From assembly GCF_006345805.1 (NCBI RefSeq), contig NC_043012.1, forward strand, positions 5,704,001 through 5,768,000: a stretch of 64,000 nucleotides of DNA, in the 5' to 3' direction. The notes under the pieces are model-generated. The model was not told the origin of the DNA, did not search any database, and saw only the letters and a list, made by a program, of their open reading frames with translations. Source of the stretch: Octopus sinensis. Taxonomy: Eukaryota. The translations under genes and the position numbers were made by a program. This document shows positions 23,195 through 36,460 of this stretch, in pieces; the first letter of the stretch is position 1; each line of letters begins with the position of its first letter.

Positions 23195-23231
<37 letters not shown>

Positions 23232-23258
23232 AGCATACATACACAAGGGTACCCCTTA
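23153..23258. repeat. Perfect inverted repeat around (TA)n
   Basis: TAAGGGGTACCCTTGTGTATGTATGCTT (23153-23180) and its exact reverse complement (23231-23258), with a partial copy at 23191-23202. Confidence 0.9.
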
Positions 23259-24110
23259 CACACACACACACACACACACGTGTGGTTCTGTTGATATATA
23301 TATATAGTGTATTTCTTCTATGGTGCATATTCACACCCTTATTGTCACCTCTGTCTCTCTGATACACTGCAGCCACTTAATAAGTGATCCACCACTTTAT
23401 GGCCAAGTTTTGCGAGATGATGATACAGAGAGATATAACAGATACTTACACTTTCTCATCCTACCCCCTTCTTGGGTCTCGTCATCTCTTAAGATAGCAT
23501 CCTGATTTCTTTTTAAGGGATTGCTTAGTGTGTTTTTGTACTGACGATGTCTTCATTTAATATACATATGATATATATAACCCTTGAAATAGCTTAATAG
23601 CACAGCATCACCACGATCACTACTATAATGAAATTTATTGGATTTCTTTTATTTGATTTAGTTAGTTCGATGATGACGATGGATGTGACAGAAGCGAATC
23701 TATCATGCCTTTCTCTAAAGAGAATTAATGAATTTTCTGAAACGGTACCACCGTAGTACCCCTGTAAACCCTAAAAGAGAAAAATAAAATGAATGATAAT
23801 TAAGACATCCACCTTATTTTACATCCCTCGTGTTCTTCGTAGACACGCGTGTGCACCACAACATCCCATTTCCTTGTCTTTTACGAAGACAAAAATAAAA
23901 CACACACAAAAGAATTTAATGCCTTGTTGCTTCAAAGAAATCAATAATACCAATTATTATCAAACATATTTCGGCGGTAAATAAATGAGTCTACGACCCA
24001 TTTTTGGTTCCCCTTTCGGGAGCCGTTTTACTATTTATCTTAGGGTTTACTAATGGCTTCTGGGAAGGCATGAATGCTACAATCCTTATTAACCCTTTAC
24101 GTGTGTTTTA

Positions 24111-24144
<34 letters not shown>

Positions 24145-25789
24145 ATCAACGAAGACTTTAACTTGTTTCTCGACCTACTAGAAATAGCAGCCAAGTCTCC
24201 CTCAACACGTATTATATCAAGAACCAGACACATTAGATAAAGCAGTCCTGCATATCTTCAAAAGAGACGAGGTGGTACTGACCGAAATGCCTTATCTCCT
24301 ACTTTCTCATCTCCTGTATAAAACCCCTTTGCCAAGGGATCATATAATGAGAGTAACCATTATTAAAGAACATTTGAGCCATTTAACTTAGATCGCTAAT
24401 TATTTTGGTGATTGTGGGCGAAAAAAACTCATGCACATCACACTTGTCTACGACGTCCCTCAACGTTGTGAGTTCAAATCCCAATGGTCACTTTCTTTGT
24501 TGTTATTCTTTGTAGGGGACGATAAAATAATTGTAAAGTATTAGGGGTCGATTTTGTTGACTATATTCCTTTTCGATATTAGTCATCATCATCGACATCC
24601 CCTTATCGTTCGCTATTTATAAAACATGTTCTGTACACACATGTATATGTGCTGGCAGGCTTCCTTTTTTTCACCTATACCTTTTAAGCATGCATGAGTG
24701 TGCGTATATGTATGTATACAAATAGAATTTATATAATATATTTGTGTTTGTAAAATTTTTATATATGTACATAAAGATATATGTACATAAAGATATATGT
24801 ACATAAGTGTATGTATGTGTATAATTGACATATATGCACATATACATAGGCATACCTAGAGTCGTGGGAGGGGGCACACTTATGTAGGTATGCTTATACA
24901 TACGTGTTTGTGTGTGTGTGTATAGATATGTATGTACATGCTTATACACATGCCCACTCATACATACGTCTGTGTATATATATGTGTGTGTTTCAAAGAT
25001 ATTAGTTTATATTTTATTACTAAAATGTTCTATTCACAAACCCCAGTCATAATCTGGTGGACGCCAGCCATTCACAGACTTATTTATTACCTTGTGGAGA
25101 ACTAAATGACTTGATACCATTATTTTTTTTATTACTCCTGTTTATTTTTTTTATTATTATCGCCATCATACTTAAAAATATATATTTTTGAAAAATTACT
25201 TCAGCTTTAATCTCTCTCTCTCTAGCTGATCTGTCTCTCGCATTTTACTCTTCTTTCTCCAAGACTAAGTAGGCAGTCACGCTTGTTGTTCCTAAAACGG
25301 GGTTCCACTATTGGAATTCTTCGAACATGGGCAATCCCACCTCAGAACATATTCATTCAGCTGCTTCCCTCTTCAACTAGTGTTCACGTGAGCCATCCAT
25401 CCTTCCTCAACTTCGTTCGTTCCTCTCTGTTTTTTTTTCCTTTTCTTCTTAGGAGTTGTTTACATATATATTTTCTTTTACTTTAACAGTCTCATCTCTA
25501 TTTCTCTCGCATCCCAAATGACGTGCATCATCATCATCATCTTCATACTCCCTCCAGCCAACCCCCTTCTCATCATTATCATCAATGGCATCAAATACCA
25601 TCGTCTTTTACTCAGCTTTGCTGCAGACATCGAAAGAAACGGTTGATCAATAAAAGGCACTGGCAAACTTACTAATACTCACATGCATTCATATACACAC
25701 TCACCCACACAGCATTCGCGCACGTACGTATACATATGTGTGTATGTATGTGACATATATATATATGTAAGTACAGATAAGTGTCTGTA

Positions 25790-25847
25790 TTATAAGCATC
25801 TTATATATATATATATATATGTATATACATATATATATATTTACATT

Positions 25848-25879
<32 letters not shown>

Positions 25880-26169
25880 TATGTAGGTGTATATACATAT
25901 ATATATTTACATATGTATATATATATTTACATATATATATATTTATATATGTATATATTATATATGTATGTATATACTATGTATGTATATATATATGTAT
26001 GTATATATATATATGTATGTATATATATATATTATATATATATGTATGTATATTGTATATATATATACTATGTATATGTATATATATATTATATATATAT
26101 ATGTATATATATATACTATGTATATATGTATATATACTACGTATGTATATATATACATATGTATATATG

Positions 26170-26217
<48 letters not shown>

Positions 26218-26575
26218 CATGTATATATATACGTATATATATCTATATACATATGTATGTATATACATGTATGTATATATATACATGTATATATATACGT
26301 ACTTATATCTATATACATATGTATGTATATATACATATATATATACATGTATATACATATGTATATATATACGTATATATATCTATATACATATGTATGT
26401 ATATATACATATGTATGTATATATACATATGTATGTATATATACATATGTATGTATATATATACATATGTATGTATATGTATATATACATACATATATAT
26501 ACATATGCATATATATGTATACATACATATATATACATATGCATATATATGTATATGTATACTACAGATATATCT
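25790..26575. repeat. Long (TA)/(TATG)/(TACA) compound microsatellite
   Basis: Direct reading; source of the 319-aa and 246-aa pseudo-ORFs. Confidence 0.95.
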
Positions 26576-26668
26576 TTATTATATCTATCTATTAAGGCTT
26601 CGACCAAAACTGCCCCATATAAAATAACAAAAGGGCATATGTACACACACACACCACACACACACACA

Positions 26669-26918
26669 GAGTCGTACGGTCCATACGCAAACGTATACAT
26701 AGAAACGAATGCGAGAAGTGTCGTTGACAGGACACACACACACACACACACAGAAATGCCTAAAGGAAGCACAGAAGTAGAAAGTCTAGCTGACAGAATG
26801 ATATGAAAGCTTAAGTACATAGATGTGTGTGTGTGTGTGTGTGTATGTATACATATAAACAGATGTAGAAGAATCTGACAGATTGAGATTAGACCGAAAT
26901 AAATCTGCATTCACAGAT

Positions 26919-26949
<31 letters not shown>

Positions 26950-27222
26950 CGTACGGTCCATACGCAAACGTATACATAGAAACGAATGCGAGAAGTGTCG
27001 TTGACAGGACACACACACACACACACACAGAAATGCCTAAAGGAAGCACAGAAGTAGAAAGTCTAGCTGACAGAATGATATGAAAGCTTAAGTACATAGA
27101 TGTGTGTGTGTGTGTGTGTGTATGTATACATATAAACAGATGTAGAAGAATCTGACAGATTGAGATTAGACCGAAATAAATCTGCATTCACAGATACACA
27201 CACACACACCACACACGTTCAC
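26669..27222 (+). repeat. Direct tandem duplication, 277-bp period
   Basis: GAGTCGTACGG at 26669 and 26946; CAGATAC at 26914 and 27191. The unique parts appear identical and are bounded by (CA)n. Confidence 0.92.
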
Positions 27223-27893
27223 GAAGATACAATATTCCAAATTCATATAGTCATGTATACATACATACATACACGTGTGTGTGTGCATATATACATGTGT
27301 GTCTTCGTATATATGTTATGTATGTATATGTATATATATATGCATCACCTTACCTATCTATATAATTATAGAGGGTTGCAGGTTAGGTGTGTATGTGTAC
27401 TTAGACACACACCACACACACACACGTATATATTGTGTGTAATGTGTATGTTTGTATATGTAGTGAGTATAATGAGAATGTAATGTATACAGTATATGTG
27501 AGGGAGTGTATGTGTGTGTATGTAGAGTACGTGTGTGTGCATGGCCGAGTGGTTAAAGCAGTTCTTATTGCAATCGTTAAGGCCTTGTTTCGATCCCACC
27601 GCATGACATTTTGAGCAAATGTCTTTTGCCGTAGCTTTATTTATATAGACCTGATATTTTGTGTGTAAGCCCGTTGAATGGGTTGTGTAACTCAGGGGCT
27701 TAGCAAAGGTTCTCAGAAATCGGGCGGAAACTTTGTGCCCCCTTCACACCTGCTCCTTGGGGAGACTGTCCCCTCTCGCCTCCTTTCTTGCTATAATGTC
27801 TGCTGTAATGGCAATTCAAGGGGCTAACTTTGTCACTATGTCATGCCTGGGCACTTCGTTAAAGGTGCATGTGTCAGGAATACTCAAAATGTG

Positions 27894-27927
<34 letters not shown>

Positions 27928-28868
27928 AGACGCACGCACACATTCACACCCACACATATACATACATTTATGAATGTACCTTAATATTGTCAGTTGAGCT
28001 TTTCCCTCTCTTAGTGATTCATTTTTCAACTTGTCTTTCTAATGCAGTGCTTTGCAGGCGCCTGCAAACTCAAATCTGATATTGCAGTCACTGACGTCTT
28101 TCTCATCTTTCACTCTGCTGCATTCATCTTAACATACTGGCTGAATCTCCATATTGTTTTATGCATATAGCTGCACTGATGCTAAGATTCCATCCGCAGT
28201 ACATGGGTAAGTGAGAAGCAGGTCGTTCGCAAGTCTTACAGCCTAGCTTGATCCTGTAGTGTCCGATCGCTCTATTTGCTCTCCGCTTCACAGGGTGACT
28301 CTTATCTCATCCTATTCTACCTTTTGTACTTTCGTTCCTTCTTTCCTTTGTTAGTTACTCTTTGTTAACGTGACATGGAGTCATTTCTAGTCTTGTAGAC
28401 GAAAAGAAGTATCCATCAATGGGTGATAGCTATTGCCTTACTCCTTTCTTCTCCCTGATGATATTTCAATGATGAAACCAGTGCAAGCCAGCCATTTTTT
28501 TCTTATTGCACTCTAGGCAAGAGCTGAACTTGGCATCTCAAGTTAACAAAACACTTGTAGAATTTACATTACTAGGCTAGGTTCCTTGCTTGATTAAGTG
28601 TCTTAGCCTTGGCCCTAAGTTGTGCTAATGACAGGATAAAAACTGATGACCTTGGGTTGGCTGTTTGTTATCTTATTAACACCCATGCATTGGACTCCCC
28701 TTACAAATGCCAATCAATTGGGATGATCAGTTTTTGCTTGTCTTATTAATTAACCCCAAGTTAGTTTTGATTTAGCAGACCTATGATCAGAGACGTTCCA
28801 GTCATAACCATCCCATCATTTATTTAAACACAGTGTATCTAGGACTATATCATCCAATATGTCCATTT

Positions 28869-29158
28869 CATCATCATCATCATCGTTTAGCGTCCGCTTT
28901 CCATGCTGGCATGGGTTGGACAGTTCAACTGGGGTCTGGGAAGCCAGAAGGCTGCATCAGGCCCAGTCTGATCTTGCAATGTTTCTACGGCTGGATGCCC
29001 TTCCTAACGCCAACCAGTCCATGAGTGTAGTGGGTGCTTTTTACGTGCCAGACGAGGCTGGCAAATGGCCATGATCGGATGGTGCTTTTTACGTGCCACC
29101 AGCACGGAGGCGAGGCGAGGCTGGCAACGGCCATGATCAGATGGTGCTTTTTACGTCC
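28869..29158 (-). mobile_element. Family-C (RTE 3'UTR) element nested in a family-F repeat
   Basis: (CAT)n tail at the left; family-F sequence stops at about 28868 and resumes at about 29160. Confidence 0.8.
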
Positions 29159-29408
29159 TTCTTTTAATTTTTCTTTAGATGATAGGGTGTGACTTGAAGG
29201 AGATTTAGCTGCTATTTCTTACAAGACAAAACTAAAGCAAAAGAATTGCATGTCAGGTGCAGGCATGACTGTGGTTAAGAAGTTTGCTTCACAACCATGT
29301 AGTTTTGAGTTCAGTCCCACTGTGTGGAACTTTGGGCAAGTGACTTCTACTGGAGCTCTGAGCAGACCAATGCCTTGTGAGTGAATTTGGTAGACAGAAA
29401 CTGTGTGG

Positions 29409-29634
29409 CGAGCTGGCAGAAACGTTAGCACGCCGGGCAAAATGCGTAGCTGTATTTCGTCTGATGTTACGTTCTGAGTTCAAATTCCGCCGAGGTCGAC
29501 TTTGCCTGTCATCCTTTCGAGGTCGATAAATTAAGTACCTGTTGCACACTGGGGTCGATGTAATCGACTTAATCTGTTTGTCTGTCCTTGTTTGTCTCTG
29601 CTATGTTTAGCCCCTTGTGGATAGTAAAGAAATA
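29409..29634 (+). mobile_element. Family-B SINE inserted into a family-A SINE, 13-bp TSD
   Basis: AGAAACTGTGTGG at 29396-29408 and 29635-29647; the host SINE starts at about 29265 and continues downstream. Confidence 0.88.
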
Positions 29635-30294
29635 AGAAACTGTGTGGAAATACATTCAGTTTATGCCTATGAAATACTTGTGTGTGTGTGTGTGTGACTG
29701 CGTGCGTACATGTGTATGTGCATGTGTGTGCACACGCATGCATGCATGTCATTGTGCTTGCTCCCACACTGTTTTACAATGGTGTTGGTCTGTCTACATC
29801 ATTATAACTTAACAGTTTGGCAAAAAAGACTGATATAATAAATACAAACTTAAAAAAGAATAATTTCTGAGGTTGCTTTGTCTGACTAAGCTATTCAGTG
29901 CAGTTTCCGCAGCCATATCCGCTGCAGTCCAGTGTTTCAAAACAAGTAAAAGGGTCTTCAGTCATGTGACCAGAAATTATTGTGTGTTGATGCATGAATC
30001 TTTGCCAATCAGCTGATTGTAAGGCTTGAAACAGCTTTTTATTGCCTACTATCATAACACCTCAAGCCATCCTTAATGGAAATGAATTAACGAGAGATGT
30101 ATGTGTGTGGTGGGGGCTCTATGTTTGCTTAATTTATTTTTGCTTGAATAGTAATGAAATTACTTTTAAACTACACCTAATTATCTTAGAGAGAAAAAAA
30201 AAGGGCACATTCCAAAAGGAAAACAGATGGGATGGTCAAAGCTGGAATGCTTTTGATTATATGTCAGCATTTACTGATAACTGTACTCTTTACT

Positions 30295-30700
30295 CTCTCT
30301 CTCTCTTTTACTTGTTTCAGTCATTTGACTGTGGCCATGCTGGAGCACCGCCTTTAGTCGAGCAAATCGACCCCAGGACTTATTCTTTGTAAGCCTAATA
30401 CTTATTCTATCGGTCTCTTTTTCGAACCGCTAAGTTACGGGGACGTACACACACCAGCATCGGTTGTCAAGCGATGTTGGGGGGGACCAACACAGACACA
30501 CAAACATATACACGCACATATATATATACATATATACGACAGGATTCTTTCAGTTTCCATCTACCAAATCCACTCACAAGGCTTTGGTCGGCCCTAGGCT
30601 ATAGTAGAAGACACTTGCCCAAGGTGCCACGCAGTGGGACTGAACCCGGAACCATGTGGTTGGTAAGCAAGCTACTTACCACACAGCCACTCCTGCGCCT
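30295..30700 (-). mobile_element. Full-length family-A SINE, low divergence
   Basis: Near-identical to 15111-15480 in reverse orientation. Confidence 0.9.
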
Positions 30701-31919
30701 ATCACTATGAAGTATTATGCTAAAAAATTTTGAGAGTTGCCATCTGCTGCAAACCCGAAGCTTTGCAGTTCCTTTGCATGCCAGTCTTTGTCTGTTTGTA
30801 TCATTTTGTATACTGCCGCTGTTACTGCATCAGTCTTCTTTCTGGGCCACTTCCCATCAAGTTGCTGGAAGCTAGATTTTGCTTCAAGTGTGTGTATGTT
30901 TGCTAGTTACTCCTATTGTTGAGCTGCTCTCCTTCATCGTCAGGTGTATGCTGCTCATTGGACACCTACCATTTTGAAATCAACAAGAACAACAAAATGA
31001 CTTAGAGCTAAACCGCAAAAGACTATCGGATCATTTTATTCAAAATGATAGGGAGAAATTTGAAAAAAAACTCTTTGGTTGTTATTTCTAGCAGGTCTTC
31101 AGTGTAGTGGTGGCAGCAGTAGATCAGTAGATCACACCTGGTTACCTGACTGAGCCCTGCATGCCTTATATCTGCTTCAAGAACAATAGCTGGAAATTTA
31201 ATTCATTTTCTCTCCTTCTCTTCCTCCCTCTCTGTCGTAATAAGACCTTGTTTGTTTTTATTTATTGTGTTTGTTATTTTTTATTTTACCCATGTAAAAA
31301 ATTTATCTTTAGAGAGTTTTCCACATGGGTAGTGATGACTTTTTGTTGTTGCTGTTGGAGCAATTTTATTTTTGTTTTTACCGCTGCATGGCTGCCCTTC
31401 TTACACCTAGGCACTCAGCTGTGAAATAGAGTGGATCTAGTGAGACAGGGGAGTTCCCTTTTTGTTTGTCAATCAAGTGAACTGGAGCAAGAATTGTTAT
31501 GCATATTATTCATGGCCACAATATAAAACTTGTCTCAGACTTGAACTTACGACATAATAAATCAGTTGTTCAGCTGTATATGTATGTATCAGTTATGACA
31601 CTGTTACATCACCAAACACTGAGTTTCTTGGCTCCTTGCACTAACATTTTAACTCCTCTCGGCCCTATTTCATTTACTTGCAGTTAGGGTCTTGTCAAAG
31701 GTAGGATAAGTTAAAATATAGTTTATGATATTTTATTCTTTAAGAAAATGAGCTGGTAGATTCATTGGCACACTGACATTTTGCCTGTCTCTTTGTTCAA
31801 ATTCTTCCGAGGTTGGCTTTACCTTTCATCCTTTCAGGGTTGATGAAATAACTATCAGTTGAGCACTGGAAGCAATGTAATCAACAAGCTCCTCACCCAA
31901 AGTTTCAGGTCTTGTGCCT

Positions 31920-32266
31920 GTAAAGGATAAAGGGTAAAGGCCCCCTTTGCTCATGAATGACCATGGGATAGTGCCTAGAAAGTTCCCCTCTGAGGCACAA
32001 GTCCAGGTAAGGTTGTGTATGGAAGACCAACAGTCGCCCATGCATACCAGCCTCTCCTCTCAACATCACTGATTTTATCCGAGGGAAAGTCAAAGGCTGA
32101 TAGAGCTTGGCACCAGTGGTGTTGCAACTCATTTCTACCACTGAGTGAACTGGAGCAATGTGAAATAAAGTGTCTTGCTCAAGAACACAATACACAGCTC
32201 ACTCCAGGAATTGAACTCACTACCTCATGAGTGTGAGCTCAATGCTCTAACCACAGAACCATGCAC
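31920..32266 (-). mobile_element. tRNA-derived SINE, family E, inserted into a family-B tail with 9-bp TSD
   Basis: CTTGTGCCT at 31911-31919 and 32267-32275; tRNA-like head at the right, CCTTTA-like tail at the left; second partial copy at about 56990-57185 (+). Confidence 0.8.
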
Positions 32267-33865
32267 CTTGTGCCTATAATAGAAAGGATATTTTATTCTT
32301 TGGAATATATAGCAATATATTCTTTGGAATATATAGCAAACTGAGACCTCTGATCGAGAATTGTCCTCCTGTGACCATCTTGTCTTCTCACACTGTGTAT
32401 TTCAGACTACATGATTTAATGTGCTTCTTCCCAACATTAAGTTTGATTTGGTAGATCTAGTTTCTAATTCTACCAGGAGGAACAACCTTGTATAACTTCA
32501 GGAGAAAGACAATGTGAGAGGTGCCAAATATTTAATGAACATGTTTTTATGGTAAAGATCTCAAAACCCCTTTTCATATGAAGATAATTCAAGGTGATAA
32601 TTAGAAAAAGTTACAATAAGAAATGTACCCAGCTAGCATCAACTCTTTACAGACAATAATTAAAAAAAAAAAAGGGCTAAACATTATTTGGTCCAAGAAC
32701 GAGGGATTAGCGCTTACATGCCTTTCAGCTCCTCTCAGACAGGGGAAATTTGATGCATGGCGTTCTGTGGGTTGATATCTGTAAGGAAAGTATGAGTAAG
32801 AAGGGAATTCCAGTCTCAAAGGGATGCAATTTTTGGGAAAAACGATGAGAGAAGAAACAAAAATAGCTTTGCTTTGATATTTGTAGGGTTATCAAATATT
32901 TACACTAGTTTATAGATAAAGTTGCCGTGCTTTACAAATATACTTCATTTTGTTGCAAGAAGGGACTACAAACAGTTGATGCACTTTCCTCAAATTTTCA
33001 GATATCAGGCTGCTAATGAATAGATCTTGTTCCAGTTTCTATGTATAGAATAGCTGAGCCACTCTAATATCATGTAAAAATTTTCAACATACATGACTGT
33101 GTGGTTAAAAGATTTGTTCTGCAACCACACAGTTTTAGATACAGTTTTGCTGCATTGTACCTTGAGCAAGTGTCTTCTCCATCCTCAAGCCTGACCAATG
33201 TACTGTGAGTGATTTTGGTAAATGGAAATAGTATGGAAGCTTGTCATGTGTGTGTGCATCTTTGCATCTCTGCTCCACTGCTTGACAACTGGTATGAAGT
33301 TGTTTATGTCCTCACGACATCGCAGCTCAGCAAAAAGAATTGATAGAATACATGCCAGACACAACATAAGTAATGGAACTGATTGGTCCCATTCCTTATG
33401 CTGAAGAATAAAAGACTTTTCAGAAATGTTCTTAAGGAGCACCACCCCTTTGTCTTTTCTTTGATGGTTTCCTGCAAATGAAATAAAATTCCCTTTAGGT
33501 CGGACACATGTCCATTATCAGAGAAATTTGTCTTACATGATCTAATATTTATTTCTAAAAGCTAGGTGTATCTTTATTTACAATATAAAATAACAAAAAA
33601 AAAAACAAGTCTCCAGAGTCTGTAATATCAAGCATTTAATTCTCGTTCCATGCTGTTAAGCAAATGTGAGAAATTGCCCTTTGGATTGAAGATCAGCCTA
33701 TCATAGGTAACATTCACATGATCTGGTATTTATTTCCAGTGAACTATGCAAATAAACATCTACAGTGTATTTCCAATGCTTGTAAGCTGGTAATGAAATC
33801 TCATATTGATGACTCAGCCATTTTGCTTCTTTCAAATATATAAGTGTGTGTGTGTGTGTGTTTAA

Positions 33866-34240
33866 TGGCATTGGCTGTGGTAAGAAGTTTGCTACCCAAC
33901 CATATGGTTCTGGGTTCAGTCTCATTGTGTGGCACCTTGGGCAAGTGTCTTCTTTTATAGCCCTGGGCTGACCAAAGCCTTGTGAGCAGATTTGGTAGAT
34001 GGAAACTGTAAGAAGTCCATCACATATATGTATATATCTGTTTGTATTCCCTTACCACCACTTGACAACTGGTGTTGGTTTGTTGATGTCCTAGTAACTT
34101 GGTAGTTTGACGAAAGAGACTGATAGAAAAAGTACCAGGTTTATAAAAAAGTAAGTCCTGGAGTTGATTTATTCGACTAAAAATTCTTCAAGGCGGTGCC
34201 CCAGCATGGCCGCAGTCCAATGATTGAAGCAAGTAAATGA
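33866..34240 (+). mobile_element. Family-A SINE
   Basis: Head, core and tail recognisable. Confidence 0.85.
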
Positions 34241-36119
34241 CACAGCAAAAGATCATACTTATATTGATAGGAATGTTCTATTTTTAGAATCTTCCTATGA
34301 AAACACCCCAGCTAATGCAAACCAAATAAACACACCTACATCGTCATCTGGGAGAACTTGCAAAAAGACTTGTTTTGTTGTAAATGTCAGCTGTCCATTC
34401 TATATGGTCTTGTGCAAAGTCAGTGAAAACAGGAAACATTCTCGGTGGACAGTTTGGTTTGGAATCAGCTGTTTATGTATTCATAGATTCATATTTGAGA
34501 AACAAACAATTAAAGAGAAAGAGAGAGACACACACACACACACAGTATAGGTGCTGAGAGACATGCCAGGGGCAGCCAGAAGGTTCTGATGTATAGTATA
34601 AGCTTCTACAGAAACAAGTAAAAACAGATAGGTCCATAACAGCAGTTCTGTTCCATAAGTCCATTGTGTAGCTTTTAACCCTTTCCTTACTGTATTTCTG
34701 TTGAGATGCTCTGTTTCTTTCAATTACTTTAAATATAACAAAGAATTTAGTAAAACAACTTAGCTAGTGTTAGGAACATAAATGGTGACTAAGGTTTGGT
34801 GGAAGATTTTAATTTAAAAGTTATGAAAACAAGACATTTGTACTCAGAGCCAGAGCTGGTTTCAGCTGGGTTGGTAATGAAAGGGTTTGTGGCTTAGTGG
34901 TTATGGGTGTTCAGCTAATAATTTTAGTTTCTCAGTGGTACATCGTGTCCTTGAGCAAGACTTTTGTTTCACATTGCTCCAGTCCACTGAGCTGGCAAAA
35001 TGAGTTGTAACTGTATTTCAAAAGGCCAATCTTGTCAAATGCTGTATTATGCTGAATCTCCCTGGGAACTACATTAACGGTATGTGTGTCTGTGGTGTCC
35101 TCAACCACCTGCTCTTTAATTTAACCAGCAGACTGTTCTGTTGATCAGATTAACTAGAATTCTTGTCATGGTAACTGACAGAGTACTAGTACCATTTTAA
35201 ATCATTAGCACTGTTGGTGATATTACCAAAAGCAAAGAGAGCAAAAGGTGCTACGGTTATGCTACCAATTTAATCTATAGACAAGGCAGCAATAATATGA
35301 AGAATTTGCTGATGAAATTTACCTTGCAACTCTTCACAACCAAAGGAGCCCCTTCTATTGTTATTTGACCAGTTATAAATAGCCAAATCTCTCTCATAGC
35401 AGTCAATGAAGTCTTACAGACTCTTAATAGGTTTGGGTGGTCATAGATAGAATGTCTTTGATCATAACACGTGTTGGGTGTTGATGTTTACTTAGGGTTA
35501 AGCAACAACAAAAACATTGTTGCTGAGCTTTTGAAGGATCCTCTGTGCAATTACTCAGTCTGCTAGAAATAGCAGCCACATCTATCACAAGTTAAATCCT
35601 GCTGTGAGCATTAGATTCTCGATTCTTAGAGAGGGGCCAGTTCATATTATATTGGATGCATTAAACAAAAGTACATACAGGTGTGTATCTGCATATGTGC
35701 ATGTGTTTATCTCTTTATGGGAACTTAGACATGTGTGTATGTTTGAACTAGGCTATCATACTCTAGTTCACACACACACACGTATGTATGTATATCCTAA
35801 CTGAAGCCAAATTATGTCTATGTGGTCACTCAAGCTACTAGAACTAGCAGCCAAAGTCCTTCATTATGTTCTCCCTTCATAAAAAAGAGACATATTTTAA
35901 ATTATAGTTCTTACAGATACTGTTATAGATGGAAACAAAAGAAAAGACAGCAGAGCCATGGCTAGGATGCCTTTTATCTAAGATACACTTGACCAAGGCT
36001 GACCTGTGACTAAATGCCAACATCAGGGCTTGATACACACACACACTATCATCCATGAACACTGTGTGTGTGTGTGTGTGGGGGGGTGTTTGTGTCTCTG
36101 CTTCTGAACATCTGCAGAC

Positions 36120-36137
36120 ATATATATCTGTGTGTGC

Positions 36138-36185
<48 letters not shown>

Positions 36186-36252
36186 GCACATACACATCTG
36201 TGTGAGTATATATATATATACACGTCTGTATATATATCTTTACATATACATC

Positions 36253-36290
<38 letters not shown>

Positions 36291-36428
36291 CATATACATC
36301 TGTATATATATACATACATATACATCTGTATATATATATATACATATACATCTATGTGTATATATATGTATATTGTCTTGTTTTTTTCTTAAACTCTCCC
36401 TATATATAATATACATCTGTGTGTGTAT

Positions 36429-36459
<31 letters not shown>

Positions 36460-36460
36460 T
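36120..36460. repeat. Compound (TA)n tract with recurring TACATCTG units
   Basis: Direct reading; includes the palindrome TGTGCATATGTG(TA)nCACATATGCACA at 36133-36190. Confidence 0.9.

Noticed and set aside
25847-26806. 319-aa ORF and all similar Y/I/C/V/H/T-rich ORFs (for example 3-355, 9351-9857, 36023-36477, 58134-58632, 61608-62227)
   Set aside because: Translations of (TA)n/(CA)n microsatellites, which lack stops by composition; no coding signal.
30737-30930. Minus-strand frame ..AVYKMIQTDKDWHAKELQ.. resembling an RTE linker
   Set aside because: Similarity too short and vague to call.
33330-33480. Minus-strand acceptor TTTATTTCATTTGCAG followed by open frames
   Set aside because: No convincing donor or homology; the frames run into a SINE.
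34224-34550. 108-aa ORF with acceptor at about 34286 (ESSYENTPANANQ..)
   Set aside because: Begins in a SINE tail and ends in a microsatellite; in the phase needed to follow the PDZ exon it stops after four codons.
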